Notes: a model not told the origin generated them from the letters alone. DNA of 64,000 nt from Polyangiaceae bacterium (GCA_044376115.1 JBILLK010000006.1:160001-224000), one strand, 5' to 3'; positions 30,073 through 39,792 are shown, counted from the first letter of the stretch. Program-made: numbers and translations.

Positions 30073-30780
30073 ATGTTGTTGTGTGCAATCTCCACGTCGT
30101 CTGCCGTTGCTTCTGTGGCTTTGTTCCGTGGTGAAACGCTGCTGGCCGCGCTCGAGTCGCCCGATCGAAAGCTCCATGCCGAGCGTCTTTTCTCGTTGAT
30201 CGACGGGGTTTTGGGTTCTGCAGGCATAGCCAAGGCAGAGCTCTCGGCGCTCGCCTGTGACGTCGGGCCGGGGTCCTTTACCGGGGTTCGGGTGGGGCTG
30301 GCTGCCGCCAGCGGAATCGTGCTTGGTCTTGGCATTCGGGCGATTGGCGTCGGTGCACTCTCGTCGCTGGGGCAGCTGGCGCTGACGGAGTGCGAAGCGG
30401 AGTCGGTGCTGGTGGCGGTCGATGCCCAAAAGGGCGAAGTGTTCTTCGAGCAGCTGACGCGCGTGAACGTCGTGCAGCGCGGTACGCTCGACCACGACGC
30501 TTATCGCGAGTTTGCGGCCGTCGAGCGAGGCAAGGGGACGCGGCTCGTCGGCAGCGTTCATGCCGAACTCGGCTTCTCCCCGGCGGACTTCGTGTCTCAC
30601 GCTCCGAACGCGGTCGCGATTGGACGCGTAGCGCTGCTCGCGAGCAAACGACCGATGCTGGGCGCGAGCACGAGTGAAGACCCCAGCGTCGCCTTCGAGC
30701 CGGTTTACGGCAGGGATGCCGACGCGACTCCACTTTCCGAGCAAACTGGCCCCTTCATTCGCCCGCGTGAGTCTGTTTGA
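30073..30780 (+). CDS. tsaB: t6A biosynthesis protein TsaB
   Basis: Motifs HAERL, GPGSFTGVRVG, DAQKGEV and EPVYGR. Confidence 0.92.
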   Translation: MLLCAISTSSAVASVALFRGETLLAALESPDRKLHAERLFSLIDGVLGSAGIAKAELSALACDVGPGSFTGVRVGLAAASGIVLGLGIRAIGVGALSSLGQLALTECEAESVLVAVDAQKGEVFFEQLTRVNVVQRGTLDHDAYREFAAVERGKGTRLVGSVHAELGFSPADFVSHAPNAVAIGRVALLASKRPMLGASTSEDPSVAFEPVYGRDADATPLSEQTGPFIRPRESV

Positions 30781-30932
30781 GACCGACGAGCTGAAGACTG
30801 GTAACCTTCGCCGGCACGAAATGACTCGTGTCGATTGGAAGCACCGAGGGGCCTTCGGCCGCTTTGTTTGACGAGCGGCTTGAGTCATCCTTGTCGCTTT
30901 ATCCGCCTTGGGCGGAATTGGGAGACCAGGTT

Positions 30933-31727
30933 TTGGAGAATCCAGAGCACGAATCCGAGGTAGGACCTACCTCTGGAGAACCGTTTGAGCCCGTGGATGA
31001 GCCTACAGCGGACGGCCACGACGGCTTCGCTGGCGGCGCTGAGCAGAGTGCTCAGTCCTCATCGCACGGAGAGCGGCTTCGCGCGCGTTTTGGACGTAGT
31101 TTCGAGGCGGGCGAGGTGGTCTTTCGCGAGGGGGAACCCGGGACCAACGCTTACCTGCTCGAGGAGGGCCGGGTCCGGCTGATCAAGCGGGTCCGCGGTG
31201 TGGAGCGCTCGCTGATGGTGCTCAAGCCCGGGGACCTCTTTGGTGAGTCGGCCTTGCTCGCGGGCGCGCAACGTTCTTCGACGGCGATCGCCGTGACGCC
31301 CGGCTTCGCGCTGAGCCTCGATCAGCAGACGTTGCAGAACCTGCTGGAAAGAAACCCTGTCGTTGCGTCGCGGCTGATCAAGCAGCTGGTGCGTCGGCTC
31401 CGGGATGCCGAGGATCAGATCGAGATCATGATGCTCTCCGACACCCAGTCGAAGGTCGTCAGCGCGCTCTTGAAGCTGGCACAGAATCACTTCGACGCAG
31501 CTGCACCAGGTCCGATCTCCTTCTCCATTACGCCGATGGAACTATCGACGCGGGTTGGCTTGGACGTCGACACCGTCAAACGGGTGGTTCAGGAGCTGCG
31601 CGACGGCCAATACTTGCGGGTGCTCGACGAGCGGCTGGAGGTTCCGGACCTCGATGCCTTGCGCCGGCTATTCGCGCTGCTTGGCGTGAAAGACGAGATC
31701 CGGGGCACCCCCGACGAATCGGCCTGA
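30933..31727 (+). CDS. Crp/Fnr family transcriptional regulator
   Basis: cNMP-binding domain (FREGEPG, GDLFGE, RSSTA) and C-terminal HTH; TTG start after GGAG. Confidence 0.9.
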   Translation: MENPEHESEVGPTSGEPFEPVDEPTADGHDGFAGGAEQSAQSSSHGERLRARFGRSFEAGEVVFREGEPGTNAYLLEEGRVRLIKRVRGVERSLMVLKPGDLFGESALLAGAQRSSTAIAVTPGFALSLDQQTLQNLLERNPVVASRLIKQLVRRLRDAEDQIEIMMLSDTQSKVVSALLKLAQNHFDAAAPGPISFSITPMELSTRVGLDVDTVKRVVQELRDGQYLRVLDERLEVPDLDALRRLFALLGVKDEIRGTPDESA

Positions 31728-31822
31728 AGCGCTGCTGTTCCCGCATCTTCCCGAAAACGGCGGGGAGGTCGAAAAATTCATCGCAACAAACTTGGCCTCG
31801 TGCGGCGAGGTTGGGTAGGCGC

Positions 31823-32677
31823 ATGGCCATGCTGCCCGAAAGATCGATGGTTCTTACGCTCGTTGCCGGTGTGCTCGCCGCGGGCTGTATCGGTCCGGCC
31901 TCCGACATCCCCGATCCGAAGTCGCAGGCCGTTGCGGACGTCGCCTCCGACGAGTTCAAGAAGGGCCATTTGCGCGAGGCCCTCGCCAAAGTGAATGAGG
32001 CGCTCGAGCTCGACCGCGGAAACCATGAGGCCGCGTTGCTTGGCGCTCACATCTACCTTGCGTTCTGCGCCCGCGACGCAAGCTCGAGCGACTGTCGGTT
32101 CGATGATGCCGAGCGCTTGGCGCGGCTGGCGGTGGACAAGGCGCCCGACTACCGAGAGGCGAAGAACTCGCTCGGCGTGATCCTCGTCCATCAGAAGAAG
32201 TACGAGGACGCGATCGCCGTGCTCAAGCCGCTCTCTGAGGACATTCTCTACTCCTCGCCGCAGATGGCGTGGGGCAACCTCGGCTGGGCCTACTTGGAGT
32301 CGGAGCAGCTGGATTTGGCGATCGATGCGCTCAGGCGGTCGGTGGCAGCGCAGGCTGCGTTCTGTGTCGGCAACCACCGCCTCGGTCTGGCGTACGAGCG
32401 TAAAGGGGATCTCCAGGCTGCGAAGGCCGCGTTCACGCGTGCGCTCGAGACCGAGCGTCCCGAGTGTCAGCGCATTCAGGAGGCTTGGGAGGGCCGGGCA
32501 CGCGTGTCCGAGCGGCTAGGGCTGATCGAGGACGCGCGCCGCGACTCAAAGCAGTGCGCAAAGATGTCCAGCGGGTCTCCTTCAGGTGCGCGTTGCGGCA
32601 GCCTTTTAGCCTCATTACCGGTTGCCAGCGCTCCTGCGGAGAGCACTGAAGCCGGGCCTCCCGCTGAGGGTAGCTGA
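31823..32677 (+). CDS. tgl: TPR lipoprotein, Tgl/PilF (pilotin)-like
   Basis: Lipobox LAAGC, TPR repeats, DILYSSPQMAWGNLGWAY and FCVG, resembling myxobacterial Tgl. Confidence 0.7.
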   Translation: MAMLPERSMVLTLVAGVLAAGCIGPASDIPDPKSQAVADVASDEFKKGHLREALAKVNEALELDRGNHEAALLGAHIYLAFCARDASSSDCRFDDAERLARLAVDKAPDYREAKNSLGVILVHQKKYEDAIAVLKPLSEDILYSSPQMAWGNLGWAYLESEQLDLAIDALRRSVAAQAAFCVGNHRLGLAYERKGDLQAAKAAFTRALETERPECQRIQEAWEGRARVSERLGLIEDARRDSKQCAKMSSGSPSGARCGSLLASLPVASAPAESTEAGPPAEGS

Positions 32678-32834
32678 GCTGCCGCGAGTCTTCGAAGGGG
32701 CCGACATCCCACCCCTTCATAAAAAATAAATAATTGTCAAGAGCGAAAGCTCCTCCAAGATCCGCTACCAACAGTTCGGTCGCGCCAGCTCCCCTCGGTT
32801 TTTCGAGAGTCTGGTGGGACCCGCAGTTGGAACG

Positions 32835-33275
32835 ATGGAGTCGATTGGCCGTTACCTGAAGGGCATGCGAGAAGCCCGTGGAATGAGCGTCGAAGAGATC
32901 GCTCGGGCCACGCGTATTCCGATCTCCTCCATCGAGCGGGTCGAGGGCGACCACTTCGATGATCTTCCCGGTGAAGTCTTCGTTCGAGGTTTCTTGCGGG
33001 CGTACGCTCGGGCGGTGCAAGCCCCGGTGGACGAGGTTTTGGCGCGTTACACCTCCAGCCGGCGCGTCGCAGCTGTCACTCCGCTTCCTCTCTCCATGCC
33101 GGAAGGGCGCAGGCCGTCTGGGCGTCGGGTCGGCGTTGCCATCGCGTTCGTCCTCCTGCTGATCCTGTTCACCGTCGCTGTGAGCATCGTCATGCGGCCC
33201 CGGCGTCAAGGCGCGCCCCGTGAGCTTTCTCAGCTCACGCCGTCCAGCCTGATTCAACCGCATAGCCACGGGTGA
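32835..33275 (+). CDS. RodZ-like HTH membrane protein (short)
   Basis: IGRYLKGMREARG...LPGEVFVRGFLRAYA (HTH_25) plus one TM helix. Confidence 0.85.
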   Translation: MESIGRYLKGMREARGMSVEEIARATRIPISSIERVEGDHFDDLPGEVFVRGFLRAYARAVQAPVDEVLARYTSSRRVAAVTPLPLSMPEGRRPSGRRVGVAIAFVLLLILFTVAVSIVMRPRRQGAPRELSQLTPSSLIQPHSHG

Positions 33276-33997
33276 GCCCGGTTCGGAGCCGCCGTCTGTT
33301 CGAGACGGTGGAGACGCGGGCGCTCATCCTTGGTCGCGTACCCGTCGGCGACGCGGACCTCCTTCTGCAACTGCTTACCGAAGAGCGCGGCTTGCTCTCG
33401 GTTTCCGCCCGCTCGGCGCGTCGTGCCCGTTCGGCTTTTGGCGTGCTCGAGCCGGTGCACACGTTGTTCGTGCGGCTGGCGCTCTCGGAGGGTAGGGACG
33501 TCGCGAACCTGCGGGAGTCGCGAGTCGAGCGGCCGCGGATCGCGATCCTCGACGACGAGCAACGGCTCAACTCGGCGTTGCACCTGCTCCGCTTCGTGCG
33601 AACGGCGGTACAACCAGGCGCTCGCGATCCTGGGCTGTTTGCGGTGGTGGAGGCGGCGCTCGAGCTCTTGGCGTCGGCGGAGGACGTCCGTCGAGCGCTG
33701 CTTTTTTCGAGCTTTCAAGTGATCGGGGAGCTGGGTTATTCGCTCGAACTCGGCGCCTGCGTCCGCTGTGGCAAAGTCTGCGGCAGTGACTCGGCTTCGT
33801 TGCTTGACCCTTCGCGCGGTGGCCTCGTCTGTCGCGCTTGCGGTGGTGGGCCCATCTTCCTTTCCGCGTCCGAACGAAGGCACACGCTCGCGTTGATTGA
33901 GAGCGCCGACGTCAACTTGGAGGAGTCGCTGATGGACAAGCTGTTCGACGCGCTCGACACCCTCGCCAAGGGCTACCTCTCGACGAATCGGCGTTAG
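33272..33997 (+). CDS. recO: DNA repair protein RecO
   Basis: N-terminal OB motif (GDADLLLQLLTEERG) and zinc finger CVRC...GGLVCRAC. Confidence 0.9.
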   Translation: MSPVRSRRLFETVETRALILGRVPVGDADLLLQLLTEERGLLSVSARSARRARSAFGVLEPVHTLFVRLALSEGRDVANLRESRVERPRIAILDDEQRLNSALHLLRFVRTAVQPGARDPGLFAVVEAALELLASAEDVRRALLFSSFQVIGELGYSLELGACVRCGKVCGSDSASLLDPSRGGLVCRACGGGPIFLSASERRHTLALIESADVNLEESLMDKLFDALDTLAKGYLSTNRR

Positions 33998-35151
33998 GCA
34001 ACTCGCGTCGCCACGCTTACACGAAGCAACGCAAGGTCCTCGGCTGCGAGCGCCGTCTCGATCACGTTAGGGTCGAAGCGCTTCCCCTCCAACCAGTGGA
34101 TCGCGAGGCTCAAGAGTACCCGCCGGAGTTCGGGCGTCACGCTCGGGTACCAGGTCGGACTGGCCAGGACCAGCAGCCGCCAAGCGCAAAACGGTGCCAT
34201 CCGCTCGAACACGAGCGGGTCGCTCGAATGGGCGAAGTACTCGGCAAAGAAGGTCTTCCACAAGGTCCCGAAGCCCGCCGGCCAGGCTTCTGGGAAGCGT
34301 AAGCCGCCGAACAGGTAGTTGACCGCCAACGCCGAAAGGTCGTCGGCTGCGTCGCCGACTCCGCCGCGGCTCGCGTCCAGCGCAGTGAACTCGGTGCCTT
34401 CGCGAAAGAGCAGGTTGTAAGGGTGGAAGTCACCGTGCGTGCGGCAAAGAGGTGGCTGTTCAACCCGCCCGAGTCGCCAGCGCCAACGCAAAGCGAGCTC
34501 CTCGATTTGGGCCAGCAGATCGGCGTCGGCAAAGTCGCGCGGATAGCTGTCCACGATGCCGAAGATTCCCTCGCCGCTGCCGAGCAAATCGCGGACTGCG
34601 CGCTGATAAAGTTCTCGGCTGTTTGGGCCTCGGTGCGGGGCGTGGAGTTGTGCGAGATGGCGCGCTAGGCGAGCCGCGCGCTCCAGATCCAGCGTCGAGG
34701 CGGCGAGCCTCGTCTCGAGTTTACGCAGGTCCTCGGCGTAAAGGGTGCCATCGACATAGTTTGTGAGCAGGTAGAACTCGCCGCCCCCCTGCAGCGATAC
34801 GAGTTTGTCACCACACACTGCACCGACCTCGAGCACGCGCAAATGCTCCGGCTGATCCGCAAACGTATCGGCGGCGAGCAAAGTCAAACAGGCGCGATCC
34901 GAACGGCGATCATGTCCGAACCAGTTTGGTGCCTGGGTACGAAACACAGCCGTCTTCTCTTGCCCATGCGCGCGGTAGCGAAGTCGCAGCGGCAGGCCGT
35001 AGCCGATCTGTTTCAGCTCCCCCGCTGCGCGGTCGGCGGCGATCGGCTCGACGCGAAGCTCTTCAACGCGAGCGGCCTCGCGGCGCTCAATCATCTCGCG
35101 CAGCGACTCCATCAAAACGACGTCGCGCTCGTCCCTTTTCGATGGGGTCAT
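33994..35151 (-). CDS. Aminoglycoside phosphotransferase (APH)/choline kinase-like protein
   Basis: Brenner motif HGDFHPYNLL and LDASRG...DDL. Confidence 0.8.
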   Translation of the reverse strand: MTPSKRDERDVVLMESLREMIERREAARVEELRVEPIAADRAAGELKQIGYGLPLRLRYRAHGQEKTAVFRTQAPNWFGHDRRSDRACLTLLAADTFADQPEHLRVLEVGAVCGDKLVSLQGGGEFYLLTNYVDGTLYAEDLRKLETRLAASTLDLERAARLARHLAQLHAPHRGPNSRELYQRAVRDLLGSGEGIFGIVDSYPRDFADADLLAQIEELALRWRWRLGRVEQPPLCRTHGDFHPYNLLFREGTEFTALDASRGGVGDAADDLSALAVNYLFGGLRFPEAWPAGFGTLWKTFFAEYFAHSSDPLVFERMAPFCAWRLLVLASPTWYPSVTPELRRVLLSLAIHWLEGKRFDPNVIETALAAEDLALLRVSVATRVA

Positions 35152-35669
35152 GACGCCACCCGCATCACGCGGTCGACGATGCGAGCGATGCCGGCGAGAT
35201 CGTGACCACCGTTGGCCACCAGGTCCGGCGCCGGCGGTGCCTCGAAGGCTTCGCCGGGGAAGTCTTCGATCTCGCCTTGGCGGGCACGTTGATACAGCCC
35301 CTTGCTATCGCGCTGTTCGCATTCGCGCGCGGCCGTGTCGACCAAGACCTCCAAGAAGGAACCTGCAAGCTCACGGGCGATCCCGCGGTACTCCAACTTG
35401 TGGGCGGTCGCAGGAACGAGCACGATGTGCCCTTGTCGACACAGCAACGCGGCCAGTCGCGCTAACGTTGTGTAGAACGCCATACGCGCCTCGGGTGAAT
35501 AACCGTGGGGCGGCACGATAGCGGCCCGCACCTCATCGCCGTCGAGCGCAACGCAGCTATGTCCGCGGCGAATCAGCTCGCGTCGCACGGCCTCCGCCAG
35601 CGTGCTCTTTCCAGCGGATGGCAAGCCGGTGAACCAAACTACGACTCCGTGGGGTTGGGCTACAGTCAT
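35148..35669 (-). CDS. cysC: Adenylyl-sulfate kinase-like P-loop kinase
   Basis: Motifs WFTGLPSAGKST, LDGDEVR, RDSKGLY and FEAP. Confidence 0.75.
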   Translation of the reverse strand: MTVAQPHGVVVWFTGLPSAGKSTLAEAVRRELIRRGHSCVALDGDEVRAAIVPPHGYSPEARMAFYTTLARLAALLCRQGHIVLVPATAHKLEYRGIARELAGSFLEVLVDTAARECEQRDSKGLYQRARQGEIEDFPGEAFEAPPAPDLVANGGHDLAGIARIVDRVMRVAS

Positions 35670-35831
35670 ATCGCGAGCTGTCAGGGAGCAAGCTTCAGGC
35701 CACGAGTTCGCAGCCTTTCCGCGGGGCGAGGCCGTGCAAACCGTTCGCGAAAACGCAGAAACTTCGCAAGAACGAAGAAACGGCCGTCACAGGCAGCGTA
35801 TCCGCGAGAAGGCTCAGGCATACTTCCTAAC

Positions 35832-36869
35832 ATGCGAGGCCTTTTGCCTTTTGCGCTGGTAGCGGCGGCGTGTAGCGCGAACTCATCGACGGGGCTTGCG
35901 GACGGCGGGGCTGGCGGCGCAGCCCAAGGAGGGGCCGGCGGGGCCGGCGGCGTTGGTGGAGGGCCTCCCGGGCACATCACCTACAGCGTCGAGGATGAGG
36001 TCTTTCGCATCGAGGCTGTGGTGGGTGCGACGCCAGAGAACGTCAGCGAAGCTCTCGGCCGCTTCGGTCGCGGCGGTGACACCTGGTTGATGCCTTCACG
36101 CAACGGCGAGCACTTGGCGCTCGTAACTTCCAAGACAGAATGTTCAAACAGCTCATGTTTGGCGGTCACTGACGCAGCGTTCTCATTTCTGGCGACGGTG
36201 CGGCCTGGCGGTACTGAGGTCTCCGTCCTCGGCGCGTCCGCGATCAACAACGCCGGCGACACCGTGGTGTATCCAGGGACTGGAGGTCCCCACGACGTCG
36301 ATCTGTTCCTTACGACCAAGAGCGACGACGTTTGGAGTGAGCCGGTGCTGCTAACCGGCGATTCCACCTTCCCGTTCAACAACACAGCGTCGATCACCTT
36401 CGATGAGACGCGCGTGCTGTTTGAGTGCGGGTTCGACCTTTATCCCGACGGTCCTGCGCCGGAGTCCGAGGGGACTGCGGCGTGTGAAGTGAAGCTTGAC
36501 GGCTCGGGCTTCCGCGTTGTCGTCGACGCTATGGCGTCGCCCGATGCAGGGACGGTTTTTCTCCAGTTCCCCCATGATTCGTTGGATGGCGTGCTGTTCC
36601 AAGGCAGTTGGCCGATCGATGGTGAAACGACGCAGTCGATTTGGCTGATGCCGCCCGAGGGGGAGCCGCTACCCGCGTCAATGGCGTTGGGGCGAGCGAG
36701 CTCGCCGTGCGGACTCAACAATGGTCGCTTTGGCGCCCTATGGCTCGACGGCCCGGACAACCTCGATGGGCGCCGGGAGTTGACGTTGATCGAGCGCGAC
36801 GGAACGGTGGCGGGCGTATTGACGCCCGGCGTGAGTGTTTACGGCGCTGCCATCGGCTGCTCCGACTAG
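35832..36869 (+). CDS. Lipoprotein with TolB-like beta-propeller
   Basis: Lipobox AAAC, Gly-rich linker and repeated beta-rich segments. Confidence 0.6.
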   Translation: MRGLLPFALVAAACSANSSTGLADGGAGGAAQGGAGGAGGVGGGPPGHITYSVEDEVFRIEAVVGATPENVSEALGRFGRGGDTWLMPSRNGEHLALVTSKTECSNSSCLAVTDAAFSFLATVRPGGTEVSVLGASAINNAGDTVVYPGTGGPHDVDLFLTTKSDDVWSEPVLLTGDSTFPFNNTASITFDETRVLFECGFDLYPDGPAPESEGTAACEVKLDGSGFRVVVDAMASPDAGTVFLQFPHDSLDGVLFQGSWPIDGETTQSIWLMPPEGEPLPASMALGRASSPCGLNNGRFGALWLDGPDNLDGRRELTLIERDGTVAGVLTPGVSVYGAAIGCSD

Positions 36870-36873
36870 CGCC

Positions 36874-37626
36874 TCAGCCGCGCTCGAAGCCCTTCTCGTC
36901 GGCCGTGCCGAGCAGTCGGTCCCACCAGACGAACGTCGGAGCGTAGTTGCAGGTGAATCGTTCGTGATGGCGGTCGTGAAACCGCGCTCCACCGAGGATG
37001 GGGATGAAGCGACTCGGCCGCCACGGAAAGTGGTAACCGATGTGCACGCTGATGGCCTGCCACTGACGCACCGCCACCCAAATCAGGAGCGTGAATAGAT
37101 GCGGTCGCACGATGATGACCGCCAGCAGCGTGCCGAAGCCGGTGAATAGCGTCTCGAGTGGATGGGCATAGTTTGCGGCAGGCCCAAACGGCGTGACGTA
37201 CTTGTGGTGAATGTGGTGGATGGTCTTGTAGGCCCATTTCCCGTGCAGAGCGCGATGAGCGAAGTAGTGCCACGCGTCCTCGATCACGAAGGAGATGGCC
37301 AGCGTCAAAAGGATGGAGAGCACGCCTGGTAAGGGCGCATCTTTGGCGATCCCGAGCGCGGCAAACACCGGGAATGCACCGATCGTGAGCGGGATCTCAC
37401 TCGTCAACTTGTGAAAGAAGATGTGCCGAATACAGTGCATCCACTCACCAGCCGAGTTGCTCTTGCGAGGCTGGAGCTTGTGCTTTTTGAGTGAAGCGTT
37501 GGTCTCGATGCGCCACGAAACGAAGGCGCCAATCAAGAACGAAACCGTCACCACCACGGTAGACGACAGCCCGAACAGCACGAAGTCGGAGCGACCGGCT
37601 ACAAGGGACTGCCACAGCTCGTTCAT
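36874..37626 (-). CDS. Sterol desaturase / C-4 methylsterol oxidase (ERG25-like) family protein
   Basis: His boxes HRALH, HHIHH and HDRHH, plus YAHPLE and NYAPTFVWWDRLLGT. Confidence 0.85.
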   Translation of the reverse strand: MNELWQSLVAGRSDFVLFGLSSTVVVTVSFLIGAFVSWRIETNASLKKHKLQPRKSNSAGEWMHCIRHIFFHKLTSEIPLTIGAFPVFAALGIAKDAPLPGVLSILLTLAISFVIEDAWHYFAHRALHGKWAYKTIHHIHHKYVTPFGPAANYAHPLETLFTGFGTLLAVIIVRPHLFTLLIWVAVRQWQAISVHIGYHFPWRPSRFIPILGGARFHDRHHERFTCNYAPTFVWWDRLLGTADEKGFERG

Positions 37627-37657
37627 GCGCGTTCTTTCGTGAGCTTTTGCGGAGCTG

Positions 37658-38821
37658 TCAAGTTCCGGACCAATGGCGTTGCTCGGCGACGGTGGTGTTC
37701 GACCGTTGGTAGAGCTCCAAGTACGGGCGCCCAGGCGCGCCCCGGGGAAAGGCGAAGCTACCGGTGTTGGCGTAGCCAGGGTCACAGGCTTCGCGGTGCG
37801 CGTGGCCCATCACCACCAGGTTGGTCGTCGTTGCCGCTCGAATGGCGCTCGCACCCTCGCGCAAACGCTCCGGCACAGAACCACCATAGCGGTCGTGACC
37901 GAGCGCCCACGAGAGCCCCATGGCGAGCCCACCGAGGCCGAGCAACCATTGGGCCTGTTCGCGCTTTCCCGCCGCCAATAGCCCAATCCCGCCCATCAGC
38001 GCGCAGGTCGCTGCGACGCGATCGAGGTAAAGTCGCGACAGCGTTTCGGGCAATGAGGACATCGTTGGGCGGGCCACGAGCGAGAGCAGCGCGCGCAGCG
38101 AGGGGTCGTCGATATGGTCGGCGAAGAAGTCCTGTTCACGGGCGCGGCCGAGCTCTTGGTCACTGCTGCCGTTGCGAAAAGGTCCGCTCGAGAGCACCGC
38201 GCGGAAGGCCGTGTCGAAGTATTTGAACACGACGTAAGGGCCACGCCATTTGTACCAAGTGAAGGCCGAAACGAGCAGCTTGAGCGGTGTGCCGTCGTTG
38301 GCGTTGAGGTAGCGAAAGGCGCCGGTCGGCGCGATGAAGTCCTCCACGAAGCGAACCCCCAGGCTGCGCAGATCGGCCGCCAAAGGGTGATCGGTCGCGT
38401 TGTCGGGATCGAAGAGATGACCATGTTCGAAGTGCACGCCCTGGTCGCGCAGGAACCACGGGCTTGCGCGAAGCCGCGTGCGCGCCTCCGGCGTGAGCGC
38501 GAGCGCCGTTCCTACCATCTCTTGGGCACCGATCTCAGCCAGGGCCGAGTCGTGATTGCCTGCGAGTAGCCAGAGTTCACCGGCTTGTTCGAGGTGTTGG
38601 CGCAAACAAACTCTGACCTCAGGCAGCGCCTCAAACGCGCGGCGAAGCGCCTCCTGCTTCGAAGTCCCCGGATGGTCGGCCGAAAGATCGAAGAGGTCCC
38701 CGGCGATCACCACGCGCGAGCCTGCGTTGGCCCTAACCAAGGAGATAAAGTCGTTGACCACCGCGCGTGGGGTCTCTTTGACCAAATGCAGGTCTCCGAC
38801 GGCAATCGTTCGGGGAAACAT
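37658..38821 (-). CDS. Metallophosphoesterase (LpxH-like) with C-terminal membrane segment
   Basis: Motifs GDLH, GDLFD, GNHD, EHGH, GHAH and YANTGS. Confidence 0.8.
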   Translation of the reverse strand: MFPRTIAVGDLHLVKETPRAVVNDFISLVRANAGSRVVIAGDLFDLSADHPGTSKQEALRRAFEALPEVRVCLRQHLEQAGELWLLAGNHDSALAEIGAQEMVGTALALTPEARTRLRASPWFLRDQGVHFEHGHLFDPDNATDHPLAADLRSLGVRFVEDFIAPTGAFRYLNANDGTPLKLLVSAFTWYKWRGPYVVFKYFDTAFRAVLSSGPFRNGSSDQELGRAREQDFFADHIDDPSLRALLSLVARPTMSSLPETLSRLYLDRVAATCALMGGIGLLAAGKREQAQWLLGLGGLAMGLSWALGHDRYGGSVPERLREGASAIRAATTTNLVVMGHAHREACDPGYANTGSFAFPRGAPGRPYLELYQRSNTTVAEQRHWSGT

Positions 38822-38910
38822 CGGCCTGCATCACGCCTCGTGCACGAGTTGAGCGCAAGTACGAAGCGTCAACGTGACTGAGTGGTCAAGGGATGGCATA
38901 GACTCGTTCT

Positions 38911-39792
38911 GTGTCTACCGCCATCCTGCTGACTTTCCACGGTACCGTTGCCCACCTTGATGAACTGCCCGCCTTCCTTTTGCGGATACGGAGGGGCCGG
39001 CCGGTCCCGCCAGAACTCCTCGAGGAGGTACGCCATCGCTATGAGTTGATCGGTGGCTCGCCGCTCTTGGCCATCACCGAGAGACAGGCCGCCGCGCTGG
39101 AGGCCGAGCTCGGTCTTCCGGTACGCGTCGCGGCGCGGCTATGGGCGCCGGAGATTCCCGAGGTGCTCGCGCGCATGAAGGCCGAAGGCATCCAAAGAGT
39201 CGTCAGCTTGCCGCTCGCGCCGCAGTCGGTCTCGCTCTACCACGCCTCTGTGAAAGAGGCCGCGCAGCCGCTCGGTCTGGAGGTCGCAGAGGTTCCGGCG
39301 TACGGACTTTACGATGAGCTTCTGGCGGCGTTTGAGGGCACCGTCAACCAGGCGATCGAAGCCGCCGAGTGTCCGAGTTCGGAGGTCGACGTGGTGCTCT
39401 CGGCGCACTCGCTGCCGATGCGCGTGATTCGCAGCGGGGACGCCTACGAGACCGAATTCCGCGAGATGGCCGACGCGGTGGCGGCTCGACTAGCGACCAA
39501 AGTGCGCTCCGTTTCGATCGCCTTTCAAAGCCAAGGAGCATCGAACGAGCCGTGGCTCGGGCCCGACCTAAACGCGACCTTCAGCAGCTTGCGCGCTGGC
39601 GGCTCGAGTCACGTTTTGATCGCCCCCATCGGCTTCGTCGCCGAGCACGTGGAGACGCTCTACGATCTCGACGTCGAAGCAAAGAAGCTGGCGCTGGAGG
39701 CTGGATTCGCGCGTTACTCTCGCGCAAAAGCGCTCGGTGAAGCGGAGGGTTTCACCAAGGCCCTCGCGCGCGCCGCCCGCACCTGTTTGTGA
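38911..39792 (+). CDS. hemH: Ferrochelatase (CpfC-like)
   Basis: Motifs RYELIGGSPL, SAHSLP, FQS, WLGP and GFVAEHVETLYDLD. Confidence 0.92.
   Translation: MSTAILLTFHGTVAHLDELPAFLLRIRRGRPVPPELLEEVRHRYELIGGSPLLAITERQAAALEAELGLPVRVAARLWAPEIPEVLARMKAEGIQRVVSLPLAPQSVSLYHASVKEAAQPLGLEVAEVPAYGLYDELLAAFEGTVNQAIEAAECPSSEVDVVLSAHSLPMRVIRSGDAYETEFREMADAVAARLATKVRSVSIAFQSQGASNEPWLGPDLNATFSSLRAGGSSHVLIAPIGFVAEHVETLYDLDVEAKKLALEAGFARYSRAKALGEAEGFTKALARAARTCL

Noticed and set aside
32694..32740. GAAGGGG/CCCCTTC hairpin plus A-tract as a terminator
   Set aside because: The hairpin is followed by A's on the plus strand and preceded by T's on the minus strand, so neither orientation fits an intrinsic terminator. 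It may instead be a promoter UP element.
33994..35151. Aminoglycoside resistance gene
   Set aside because: Only the generic APH/choline-kinase fold motifs are present, with no mobile context or resemblance to known resistance enzymes.
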